DNA of 52,464 nt from Limnohabitans sp. (lineage in GTDB: Bacteria; Pseudomonadota; Gammaproteobacteria; Burkholderiales; Burkholderiaceae_C), in the NCBI GenBank assembly GCA_044361935.1, contig JBIKHW010000001.1, forward strand, positions 1 through 52,464, written 5' to 3'. Shown here piece after piece: positions 9,521 through 18,372 of this stretch; position 1 is the stretch's first letter, and each line of letters starts with the position of its first letter. The position numbers and the translations under genes were made by a program. The notes beneath the pieces are model-generated. The model saw only the letters and a program-made list of their open reading frames with translations. It did not search any database and was not told where the DNA came from.

Positions 9521-11008
9521 ATGGAAGCTTTTGAAGCCCTGATGGGCGGCTTTGCCATTGCCTTGCAACCCACCACCTTGATGTGGGGTTTCATCGGCTG
9601 CTTTATTGGCACGCTCGTAGGCGTGTTGCCCGGCATTGGCCCTGCGCTGACCATCGCCTTGCTGCTGCCCCTGACCTACCATGTGCCCGCCACCAGCATG
9701 TTCGTCATGTTCGCGGGTATTTACTACGGCGCGGCCTATGGCGGCTCCACCACGTCCATCTTGCTCAACACCCCGGGCGAATCGGCGGCGGTGGTCACCG
9801 CTTTAGAGGGCAACAAAATGGCCCGTCGCGGGCGCGCTGGCCAGGCTCTGGCCACAGCGGCCATCGGCAGCTTTGTGGCAGGCACCATCGGCACTTTGGC
9901 GCTCACCTTTTTTGCACCCCTGGTGGTCGACGCGGCGCTGGCTTTTGGCCCGGCCGAATACTTCAGCCTCATGGTGCTGTCGCTGGTGGCCGTGTCCGCC
10001 GTGCTGGGCAACTCCATGCTGCGCGGCCTGGTGGCGCTCGGTCTGGGATTGCTGCTGGGCATGGTCGGCATCGACTTGCAAACGGGCCAACCGCGCTTCA
10101 CCTTTGGCCGCCCCGAACTGCTCGATGGCATCGAAGTCACCGTCGCCGCGGTAGGTCTGTTTGCCGTGGGCGAAGCGCTCTACCTGGCCTGGCAAGGGCG
10201 CGAGTCCAAAGGTGGCGAAGTCATGAAGCTCTCAGGCAGCCTGTGGATGAGCAAGCAAGACTGGGGCCGCTCGTGGAAAGCCTGGTTCCGCGGTGCTTTC
10301 TTTGGATTTCCCATCGGGGCCATGCCCGCAGGCGGGGCCGAATTGCCCACGCTGCTGTCTTACTACACCGAGAAAAAACTCTCCAAACACCCCGAAGAAT
10401 TTGGCCATGGCGCGATCGAAGGTGTGGCGGGCCCCGAGGCCGCCAACAACGCCGCCGCTGCGGGCGTGCTGATGCCACTGCTCACCTTGGGCATCCCCAC
10501 TTCGGCCACGGCCGCCATCATGCTCTCGGCTTTTGAGGGCTACGGCATCCAGACCGGCCCGCAACTGTTCAGCCAACAAGGCGGCCTGGTCTGGACGCTG
10601 ATCGCCAGCCTCTACATTGGCAACGTCATTTTGCTCGTGCTCAACCTGCCTTTGGTGAGCTTGTGGGTCAAGCTGCTCAAGATTCCGCCGCCTTGGCTTT
10701 ACGCGGGCATCATCGTCATCTCGACTGCGGGCGTGTACGGCGCAGGCAACTCGGTCTTCAACGTGGGCATGCTGTTCCTGTTTGGCCTGCTGGGCTACCT
10801 GATGCGACGCTTTGACTTCCCAGCCGCGCCCCTGATCGTGGGCCTGATCCTGGCCCCCATGGCCGAACAATCCATGCGCCAGGCCCTGACCATCAGCCAA
10901 GGCGAATGGTCCACCTTCTTCACTCGCCCCTTGTCGGGCAGTTTGATGGCGGTGGCAGCGCTGCTGCTGATCGTGCCGCCCTTGTTCAAGCGCTGGCGGG
11001 CACGCTGA
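9521..11008 (+). CDS. tctA: tripartite tricarboxylate transporter large permease
   Basis: [40 protein letters not shown] signature motifs. Confidence 0.95.
   Translation: MEAFEALMGGFAIALQPTTLMWGFIGCFIGTLVGVLPGIGPALTIALLLPLTYHVPATSMFVMFAGIYYGAAYGGSTTSILLNTPGESAAVVTALEGNKMARRGRAGQALATAAIGSFVAGTIGTLALTFFAPLVVDAALAFGPAEYFSLMVLSLVAVSAVLGNSMLRGLVALGLGLLLGMVGIDLQTGQPRFTFGRPELLDGIEVTVAAVGLFAVGEALYLAWQGRESKGGEVMKLSGSLWMSKQDWGRSWKAWFRGAFFGFPIGAMPAGGAELPTLLSYYTEKKLSKHPEEFGHGAIEGVAGPEAANNAAAAGVLMPLLTLGIPTSATAAIMLSAFEGYGIQTGPQLFSQQGGLVWTLIASLYIGNVILLVLNLPLVSLWVKLLKIPPPWLYAGIIVISTAGVYGAGNSVFNVGMLFLFGLLGYLMRRFDFPAAPLIVGLILAPMAEQSMRQALTISQGEWSTFFTRPLSGSLMAVAALLLIVPPLFKRWRAR
10923..10951 (+). repeat. 29-bp direct repeat, copy 1 (tctA 3' end)
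   Basis: CTCGCCCCTTGTCGGGCAGTTTGATGGCG, identical to 12814-12842. Confidence 0.85.
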
Positions 11009-11115
11009 GCGCGAAGATCCACTGGCTCGGTGGACTCATCGGCTACTGCTTCGCAAGTTGGGCCAGATCCTGCGCCATGCTTTGAAGCGTGGCCATGCTC
11101 ATCTCAGCATCGTCA

Positions 11116-12441
11116 TCAGTCCCCCGATTGCAGGCGGCGGCTCATGGCCCATACGCCCTTGGCCACCTTGTCAAACAGTGCCTGCGGAAAATCATTCGGC
11201 AGCTGTTTGGCGATTTTTTCCAACGCTGCGGGCATCCCTGTTGCCAAACGGTGCATGCTGCCCTCCATCCCGGCATAGCCCTCTCGTTTGGCGGTGTCAA
11301 GAAAGTGGCGCGGCTGAATGGTTTTGACGTGGTAATGCAGATTTTTTCCACGCAAGGCCATGGCCATTTTCAACTTCTCCTGCGCCACTTGCTGAGCCCC
11401 AATGCCGGCAATGGGCCAAGCGGACAAGATGTCATAAAGCGGCGTCAACCGATGTGCCCCGCCAGGCAAGAGGAAGAGGCTGTAATTTTTAGCGTGACCA
11501 TCGGTGGCGGCCAGCATCCAGAAAAACAGCTGAGACTCGAACAAGGTGCGCAGATCCCCTGCGCTGTTGCTCGACGTGCGCAACAGCGCCGCCAACGAAC
11601 CCAGCCCGGGGCCACCTTCGGCTTGGTATTTCAAATGACTGGGCAGACCCAGCGCTTGACAGAAGTCTTCTTGCGGCAAGCGCAGCCAATGGGTACCACT
11701 GGCTGCCAACCGTCGGTCAAAACGTTCCACCACCAATGCCTTTTGGGCACCCCAATGTCCGATTTCACATGAGGCAACGGGCAAACCAACGGCTTTTGCC
11801 AACTGGGCGCACAGCCATTCATTTTCGACCGAGCTTGTCATGTCGGCTTGCCGATTGCCGACCAGTCCCATGGGCAACTTGAAAATGTGCGTGGTGGGTG
11901 TGGCCCCATGCGGCTTGCACCATTGGCCCTGATGCCAAGTCAATGCTGTTTTTTCTTGTGCACCGGCCAATGAAATACGGAAACTCTCTTCATCATTTCC
12001 GCCCATCGGGTGGCCTGGCGTGACCACTCGGCTCAGCCATTGTTCAATTTCAGCCGGACTGAGCGGCTGCGCTTCGATCACGTTCCAAGCTTCGGGCTCC
12101 ATGTCGATGGGCAGCAGCTGCACGGCCCCCACGCAGTCACGGCCAATGGCGCTCAAAAGGTCGAATGCATGGGCGCTGGGCGTTCTGAAGTTGGTTTGTA
12201 CGCGCCGCCGAATTTCGATGCTGTCTGGCAAAAGATTGTCAAAATAGTGTTCAACCATGCGGCCTCGCAAGGCGTGTCCTGTCATGGGCAAAGACAAGGA
12301 AAGTGGCCTCACCGCCAAAGAGCTGTGCCAGCTTTCGGCGTAGCTCAGCTCATGCGTGCCATTGCCCAACAAGGTCCACTGGCCCAACAACTCGCCATTC
12401 ATCCAGATGTTCAGCGCTCGGCTGTGTGAATGGCGTCCCAT
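11116..12441 (-). CDS. hipA: HipA-family serine/threonine kinase toxin
   Basis: N-terminal PLSLSLP/FDNLLPD, ISLAGAQEKTAL, PTTHIFK, QEDFCQALG, ATDGHAKNYS, LTPLYD. Confidence 0.93.
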   Translation of the reverse strand: MGRHSHSRALNIWMNGELLGQWTLLGNGTHELSYAESWHSSLAVRPLSLSLPMTGHALRGRMVEHYFDNLLPDSIEIRRRVQTNFRTPSAHAFDLLSAIGRDCVGAVQLLPIDMEPEAWNVIEAQPLSPAEIEQWLSRVVTPGHPMGGNDEESFRISLAGAQEKTALTWHQGQWCKPHGATPTTHIFKLPMGLVGNRQADMTSSVENEWLCAQLAKAVGLPVASCEIGHWGAQKALVVERFDRRLAASGTHWLRLPQEDFCQALGLPSHLKYQAEGGPGLGSLAALLRTSSNSAGDLRTLFESQLFFWMLAATDGHAKNYSLFLLPGGAHRLTPLYDILSAWPIAGIGAQQVAQEKLKMAMALRGKNLHYHVKTIQPRHFLDTAKREGYAGMEGSMHRLATGMPAALEKIAKQLPNDFPQALFDKVAKGVWAMSRRLQSGD

Positions 12442-12444
12442 GGC

Positions 12445-12693
12445 TTACCACTCGCTGCGCTGAGCGTCAGTTTTTTCGGCGGGACTGCGCATGACCAGCT
12501 CCAAACCATAGGCATTGACCAGCACGAGCAAGCGCTCAAGCGTTAACCGACCAGGGTTTTGTTCCAACTCAGACAAACGGGCTTGGCTGATGCCCAAGCG
12601 TGATGCAGCTTGAGCTTGCGTGATGGCTTGCGCTTTGCGGCTGGCCAAGAGCAAGTGGCCCACTTGGTTCGCTGTGCTGAGTTTTTGCGCCAT
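12445..12693 (-). CDS. hipB: HipB-like XRE HTH antitoxin
   Basis: RKAQAITQAQAASRLGISQARLSELE HTH, C-terminal W, directly upstream of hipA. Confidence 0.88.
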   Translation of the reverse strand: MAQKLSTANQVGHLLLASRKAQAITQAQAASRLGISQARLSELEQNPGRLTLERLLVLVNAYGLELVMRSPAEKTDAQRSEW

Positions 12694-12813
12694 ATCGGAA
12701 TCTCCAATATTTTCAATATATCAGTTTTTCAAATAAATTCAAAATATCGGCTTTGCTTATTCTTGCCCACAGGAATGGCCGTCATCCTTTGCACGAGCGC
12801 AGCTCAGTCTGGC

Positions 12814-12842
12814 CTCGCCCCTTGTCGGGCAGTTTGATGGCG
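12814..12842 (+). repeat. 29-bp direct repeat, copy 2 (duplicated tctA 3' fragment)
   Basis: Identical to 10923-10951, with degenerate similarity continuing about 25 bp further. Confidence 0.85.
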
Positions 12843-12986
12843 ATGGCGATATTGCTGCTCGTGGCACCGACATTTTGGCGACAATTTCGCAGACCAACGA
12901 GTCATTGATACGTAATAACCCGCTTCAAAGACTTCCGAATTTTTGGTTTGATACTGGTTTTATTTTCACAACCCGAGTTCAGAGAC

Positions 12987-13988
12987 ATGCAAGACCCACA
13001 ATCCCCTCTCATTCCCCGCCGTGATTACCTCAAATGGATGGGAGCGGCAGGCTTGGCGGCCACTGGCGTTTCGGGGCATGCCCAATCGGCCTGGCCCAAC
13101 AAACCCATCCGCTGGATCATCCCCTTTGCCCCCGGCGGCACCTCCAGCATCGTGGCCCGCGGCATTGCAGCCCAGCTGACCAAACAATTGGGCGCCACCT
13201 TTGTCATTGACAACAAAGGCGGCGGCGGCGGTGTGCCTGCCATGCAAGAGATGATGCGCACCCCGGCCGACGGCTACACCATCGTCATGAGCCACATCGG
13301 CCTGATGGCGGTCAACCCCTTGATCTACCCCGACAGCGGCTACGACGTGAACAAGGACTTTGTGCCTGTGACCCTGCTGTCGCGCGTGCCCAGCCTCTTC
13401 GTGGTGCACAAAGACGTGCCCGCCACCGACCTGAAATCCTTGATCGCCTACGTCAAGTCACGCCCCGGTCAGCTGAACTACGCATCTGCCGGCAACGCCA
13501 GCGCAGGTCACCTCGCCATGGAAGCGCTCAAGCTGGCCACCGGCATGTTCGTCACCCACATCCCCTACCGCGGCACAGGCCCTGCACTCAACGACGTGCT
13601 GGCCGGTCGCATCCAATTGTTTTCGGCGGGCACCCCGGCCCTGTTGCCCCACATCAAAAGCGGCGCACTGCGCTGCCTTGCTGTGGGCACCACCGAACGC
13701 ATCCCGGTTTTGCCCGACGTCCCCACGGTGCAGGAATTGGGCTTCAAGGACTTTGAAACCGTGCAGTGGTACGGCATCCATGCCCGCGCAGGCACACCGC
13801 CAGACATTCTTTTAAAGCTGCAACAAGAGTGCGCCAAAGCCGTCAAGTCGCCTGAAGTCATGGCTCAAAACGCGGCCGAGAGCGCCATCCCCGGCGGTGG
13901 CCCCTCCAGTGAATACGCCGCCTTTGTGGCCCGTGAACAGGCCCGCTGGAAAGAGGTCGTGATCAAGGCGCAGATCAGACCCGGTTGA
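12987..13988 (+). CDS. Bug/TctC-family extracytoplasmic solute receptor
   Basis: Tat-like RRDYL leader, WPNKPIRWIIPFAPGG, HIPYRGTGPA, WYGI. Confidence 0.9.
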   Translation: MQDPQSPLIPRRDYLKWMGAAGLAATGVSGHAQSAWPNKPIRWIIPFAPGGTSSIVARGIAAQLTKQLGATFVIDNKGGGGGVPAMQEMMRTPADGYTIVMSHIGLMAVNPLIYPDSGYDVNKDFVPVTLLSRVPSLFVVHKDVPATDLKSLIAYVKSRPGQLNYASAGNASAGHLAMEALKLATGMFVTHIPYRGTGPALNDVLAGRIQLFSAGTPALLPHIKSGALRCLAVGTTERIPVLPDVPTVQELGFKDFETVQWYGIHARAGTPPDILLKLQQECAKAVKSPEVMAQNAAESAIPGGGPSSEYAAFVAREQARWKEVVIKAQIRPG

Positions 13989-14002
13989 TCCACCGCACCG
14001 CC

Positions 14003-15361
14003 TCAAGACGTGGACTTGGACTTGGACGTGCGCCTGCTTTGCAGCATGGCCACGTTCATCTCACCATCCAGCGCAGAGGCATAAAACCGCTCGATCATCT
14101 GTACCGATGTTCGCGCGTTGCGGGCCAGGGTCAGCATGTCGATGCCTTGGCCGTACAACAAACGAAACATGATGGAGGTGTGCCGCAGGCAATACAGCGT
14201 GCGCAGCCTCCCCATCGCGTCTTCTGAGGCCACGCCCGCCTCGCGCATCACCCACTTGAACCAAAAACCCAAGACCGCCAAAGCGTAATTGCGGTCTTTT
14301 TCTTCCGGCAAAAACACATAATCATCCGGTCCGCCATGGCCATCGCGCTGTGCCTTGGCCAAAGCGGCTTCGTACACCTGCACCGCTGGCCTCAAGGTCA
14401 CCATGGGCGCGTCGTGTTTCTTGGTTTGTGGCAAGGTCATGCGCAAATACACGCTGGAGCCGCGCACCACCTGCACATGCTTGTGTTTGAGCTGGCGCAA
14501 ATCGCCCGGCCGCACAAAACTGTTGACCATGAACCGGATGGCCCATGCCATGTCGGGCGGCAAGTTCAAATGGCGCGGCTGCACCCAAAACCGCTCACGG
14601 TGCCCATTGGAGGCCTTGACTTCTGGCGCAGTGCTGCCCCAACGCGACAAACGGTGCGCCGTTCTCACCACCGCGGCGTACTCCGCCAAACTCAACATCG
14701 AACGCGGCCGATTGGCCACCTTCACCGAGGGCAACTCCGGCACCTCGCGCAAAAAACCGTGCCGTATGGCCAGCTTAAGCAATTTGCGCACCACCACCAG
14801 ATACTGCGACACCGTGGTGGAGCTCAGCTGGCTGTCAGTCAAGCGCTTCACAAACGCGTCCATCATCATGGGCGTGACCTGCGAAGGCGGGATGTATTTG
14901 AAATGCGGCAGCACATGGGCGTTCAGCCGGTTTTTGAGGATACCCACCGAAGCCGCGCTCAACTCCCCCCGTTGAACCCGCTGGTTTTCATGCTCAATCA
15001 ACTGCTCGGCCAGCACATCAAAGTTGTTGGCCCGCATGGCCCCTTTTGTCAGCACCGAATCGGTCAAACCAGCACTTGGCTTGACCGTTCGCCGAGGACG
15101 GGGTGCCAAGACGGGAGCATCCTCCTCCTCATCCTGCATCTCCTGGAAGTCGATGGCGCTTGTTGGCTCTTTTTTGTGTTGAAAATGATGGGTGGTCGAC
15201 AATTTCAGCCAAGCCTCGGGGCTGACCACGTAAAACACCGGTTGGTTCGCATCCAAAATGGCCACGGCAGACGGACCCGACACACCCACGATGTTCAGGG
15301 GCTCGACCAGAAAATCGTCAAGACTGGCGCACAAAAAACCGAAAAGTGGGCGGACAGGCAT
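14003..15361 (-). CDS. tyrosine recombinase/integrase A with an N-terminal Phd/StbD-like segment
   Basis: FMVNSFVRPGD (Arg), TKKH (Lys), LYCLRHT (YxLRH), ARNARTSVQMIERFY (Tyr); paralog of 30853-32202; ATG at 15361 preferred over 15466, which overlaps the porin. Confidence 0.85.
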   Translation of the reverse strand: MPVRPLFGFLCASLDDFLVEPLNIVGVSGPSAVAILDANQPVFYVVSPEAWLKLSTTHHFQHKKEPTSAIDFQEMQDEEEDAPVLAPRPRRTVKPSAGLTDSVLTKGAMRANNFDVLAEQLIEHENQRVQRGELSAASVGILKNRLNAHVLPHFKYIPPSQVTPMMMDAFVKRLTDSQLSSTTVSQYLVVVRKLLKLAIRHGFLREVPELPSVKVANRPRSMLSLAEYAAVVRTAHRLSRWGSTAPEVKASNGHRERFWVQPRHLNLPPDMAWAIRFMVNSFVRPGDLRQLKHKHVQVVRGSSVYLRMTLPQTKKHDAPMVTLRPAVQVYEAALAKAQRDGHGGPDDYVFLPEEKDRNYALAVLGFWFKWVMREAGVASEDAMGRLRTLYCLRHTSIMFRLLYGQGIDMLTLARNARTSVQMIERFYASALDGEMNVAMLQSRRTSKSKSTS

Positions 15362-15433
15362 GTGGGCTAGAAAAAAATAGAGTGACGCATTCCATGATAA
15401 CCCTTTATTCGCAAAAAATGTTTTAAATGTAGC

Positions 15434-15443
15434 TGCTCTGGCT
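15434..15443 (+). other. putative recombination core TGCTCTGGCT at the head of silent porin cassette 1
   Basis: The same 10-mer occurs at 30596-30605 and 37452-37461 (minus strand), in each case where porin homology starts. Confidence 0.6.
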
Positions 15444-16556
15444 ACATTGGCAGCCGCTTCGGGCACCGCTTTCGCTCAATCTTCCGTCACCATCGGTGGT
15501 ACTCTGGAAGTCGCACCTATCCGCTCCACCAAGCTGACAACTCAGACTGGTGCTGTCTCTACTGCTGTCAAAGGCAGCAACCTGGCTCAGCACAACACAT
15601 GGTCCACTTCTGTCTTGAGCATCTCTGGCGTTGAAGACCTGGGCGGTGGCCTGAAGGCTTCTGCCGTGATGATTTCTGGTGTGGGCGACGGCTTCGCTGC
15701 TCGTGAGCGCACTTTGGGGTTGTCGGGTGGCTTTGGCGCTTTGCGCTTTGGTCGCTTCGTGCCTGCTGCTGCTGCTGGCTTCCACGCATTTTCGCAAACA
15801 GGCTCAGCCACATTGGTGGGCAGTGCATACGGCATGAGCACTGGATCAGGTGTGGATGCGAATGGTGCCCAAGTTGGTATCGCAGCAGCAACCCGCAGCA
15901 ACCTTCACGACGGTATCGCTAACTTCGAGCGTCAAGACAACGTGTTGCAGTACACATCGCCTACGATGAGCGGCTTCACCGTGAACGTGGCCATGGTCAA
16001 CAACTCCACAGACTCCAACGCTACCAACAAAGTTGGCAAGGTTGACGGCAAGCAAACCAGCCTGCACCTCGGCTATGCCGCAGGCCCTCTGAGCGCAGGC
16101 ATTGGTATCAACAGCCGTACTGACTCAATTGAAGGCGCTACAGCCGCAGCTGTTGAAAAAACTGATACCGACTTGACGTGGATTGGTGTTTCTTACAACT
16201 TGGGCATGGCGACTGTGGGCTTCACCAACGTTTCACGCGAGGCCAAGTATAAATTCGGTACAGATGCTGCATTGACTGGTACGGACGCCAGCATCAACGC
16301 TTTCGGCGTGACTGTGCCCATGGGTGCCATCACTCTGCGCGCTTCCACTTACTCGGGTAGCGACAAGCGTGCCACTGGTGCTGATGACAACGTCAAGCTG
16401 TCTGGCAACCAGATCAGCGCTGTTTACGCTCTGAGCAAGCGCACTGCCATCGTGGCTGCCACCGGCACCAACCAGATCAAGCGTGATGGCGCTGCTTCTA
16501 CAGAAGATACACGCAAGATCTCTGGTACAACATTGACTGTGAACCACACTTTCTGA
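15435..16556 (+). CDS. Gram-negative porin, 5'-headless cassette (porin 1)
   Basis: ALATLAAASGTAFA-QSSVT, GVEDLGGGLKA, YALSKRT, C-terminal NHTF; no in-frame ATG or RBS upstream (in-frame TAG at 15378), only a TTG inside the h-region at 15447. Confidence 0.85.
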   Translation, partial: ALATLAAASGTAFAQSSVTIGGTLEVAPIRSTKLTTQTGAVSTAVKGSNLAQHNTWSTSVLSISGVEDLGGGLKASAVMISGVGDGFAARERTLGLSGGFGALRFGRFVPAAAAGFHAFSQTGSATLVGSAYGMSTGSGVDANGAQVGIAAATRSNLHDGIANFERQDNVLQYTSPTMSGFTVNVAMVNNSTDSNATNKVGKVDGKQTSLHLGYAAGPLSAGIGINSRTDSIEGATAAAVEKTDTDLTWIGVSYNLGMATVGFTNVSREAKYKFGTDAALTGTDASINAFGVTVPMGAITLRASTYSGSDKRATGADDNVKLSGNQISAVYALSKRTAIVAATGTNQIKRDGAASTEDTRKISGTTLTVNHTF

Positions 16557-16597
16557 TCCCGCGCTGCCGAAAGGCAGCTTGAGACTCAGTAAAATCC

Positions 16598-16630
16598 AAA
16601 GCTCACCGTGGCAACGCGGTGGGCTTTTTT
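16598..16630 (+). terminator. rho-independent terminator of porin 1
   Basis: AAAGCTCACCGTG GCAA CGCGGTGGGCTTTTTT hairpin plus U-tract. Confidence 0.85.
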
Positions 16631-16651
16631 ATTGACTAAAAAAATTACCCA

Positions 16652-17182
16652 ATGGACACAAAAGGCAAGCCACTGGTCAGCGCACAAGAATTGGAAGCGC
16701 TGATTGAAGGTTGGGGAACCAGCAGGACACGCCGTGTGGATTGTTATTACCCATTGAGAAGCTGGTTTCTGATTCTGGTGGTCGGGCTTCACGGGCTGTG
16801 GTTGCTTTTCTTTCCAGCACAAATTGCTGGCCAGTTGTCCCCCGATCCATCAGTTGCTGACTACTTGACGGGCTACCTTTATGTTCGCGGCTGGTACATG
16901 CTCATCATTTTGGGCTTCATCCTGACCTACGTGCGCGGGTGGTATGTGGGCATCGTCTTTTCGGCGCTGACCTTGCTGGGCGTTGTGAATTTGATGCTCG
17001 ATTTGTTTTCCCTGTACCCCTACCGACTCAGTGAGCCCAACGCCCAGTTCACGGTGCTGATGGGCATTCGATTGCTGGCCCTGGCCTGTGTATTCTTGAA
17101 TGCCAGAAATGCCGGGCGGCTGCCCGAGCGCAAAGACCGGTTGAATGTGCTGCTGTTCCGTCGCCGCGCGGATGTGGCCTGA
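16652..17182 (+). CDS. hypothetical membrane protein (about 4 TM)
   Basis: 176-aa ORF with several hydrophobic helices; family not recognised. Confidence 0.65.
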   Translation: MDTKGKPLVSAQELEALIEGWGTSRTRRVDCYYPLRSWFLILVVGLHGLWLLFFPAQIAGQLSPDPSVADYLTGYLYVRGWYMLIILGFILTYVRGWYVGIVFSALTLLGVVNLMLDLFSLYPYRLSEPNAQFTVLMGIRLLALACVFLNARNAGRLPERKDRLNVLLFRRRADVA

Positions 17183-17354
17183 GCGCAGGCCAAGCTTTGG
17201 CATCGATTGCTTTGGCCAGTTCGCTGTGGCCGACCCACTGTGGCGCATTTTGCTGATGGATGCGCCGCTCGGGCTTGACTGGCCAGTCCGCTGCGCGTCA
17301 TGGCACTGTCACGGGCGAGATTCATAATCCACACAATTGATGAGGTACCACAAC

Positions 17355-18344
17355 ATGACCGTGAACCAGACAGGACGGCGTCAATGGCTGATGCAGGCCT
17401 CTTTCGGCAGTTTGTCGCTGGCCCTGATGGGGCGTGCTTGGGCATCCCCTGACAAGCCCATCCGCATCGTTGTGCCTTTTGCTGCAGGGGCTGGCACTGA
17501 CGCCATGGGGCGCTTGCTGGCGCAAAAATTATCCGATTTGCTCGGGGCGAATGTGCTGGTTGAAAACCGGACCGGCGCTTCGGGGGCCATTGGCACACAG
17601 TTTGTGGCACAAAGTCCGCCCGATGGCCAAACCCTGTTGCTGGTCGCGGCGCCCTTCACCACGGCGGCGGCTGTGCTGCCCACGGCTGGCTACGACCCCA
17701 CAAGCAGTTTTGCACCCATTGGCATGGTCGCTCAGGGTCCTTTGCTGTGGGCGTGTAAAAAGGATTTGCCGGTCAACTCACTGGCCGAATTGGTGGCCTA
17801 TGCCAGAACCCGTCCAGGCCAGCTCAATTACGGTTCGGCGGGGGCCGGAGGCATCAATCACTTGCTGTTGGAGCAGCTCAAAGCTCGGCAGAAGATATCC
17901 ATCGTTCACATCCCTTACCGGGGCATCGCGCCTGCCACGATAGACATGATGGGGGGACAAATTCACCTGCTCACGGGAACGGTGCCGGCTTTGTTGCCGT
18001 TTGTCCGCGACGGTCGCATCAAGCCCTTGGCGGTGACCACGGCAAAGCGTCATCCCGCGTTGCCAGAGGTCCCGGGCTTGGCCGAGCAGGGCTTGGCAGA
18101 ACTGACGGCCTTGAACTATTTTGGATTGGTCGCCCCCAAGGGCACGCCTGCGGAGCTGGTCGAGCGATTGAGCCAGGCCATCACGCGCATCACCGACATG
18201 CCAGATGTTCAAGCCCGGCTCAAAGCCGATGCCCTTGAGCCCGCACCACCAGGCCCGTTGCACATGGCGCAGTTCATCCGCAGCGATTTGGAGGCCTGGA
18301 AGCAGGTGGTTCGCAGCCAAGGCCTGAAGATCGATCAACTTTGA
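17355..18344 (+). CDS. Bug/TctC-family solute receptor
   Basis: PDKPIRIVVPFAAGAGTD, ENRTGASGAIG, HIPYRG. Confidence 0.9.
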   Translation: MTVNQTGRRQWLMQASFGSLSLALMGRAWASPDKPIRIVVPFAAGAGTDAMGRLLAQKLSDLLGANVLVENRTGASGAIGTQFVAQSPPDGQTLLLVAAPFTTAAAVLPTAGYDPTSSFAPIGMVAQGPLLWACKKDLPVNSLAELVAYARTRPGQLNYGSAGAGGINHLLLEQLKARQKISIVHIPYRGIAPATIDMMGGQIHLLTGTVPALLPFVRDGRIKPLAVTTAKRHPALPEVPGLAEQGLAELTALNYFGLVAPKGTPAELVERLSQAITRITDMPDVQARLKADALEPAPPGPLHMAQFIRSDLEAWKQVVRSQGLKIDQL

Positions 18345-18372
18345 TGGCGCTCAAGGCCTGGCTGAGCAGTAC

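Noticed and set aside
15362-15466. N-terminal extension of integrase A to 15466
   Set aside because: It overlaps the porin 1 head on the opposite strand and crosses AT-rich intergenic DNA; ATG 15361 is more plausible
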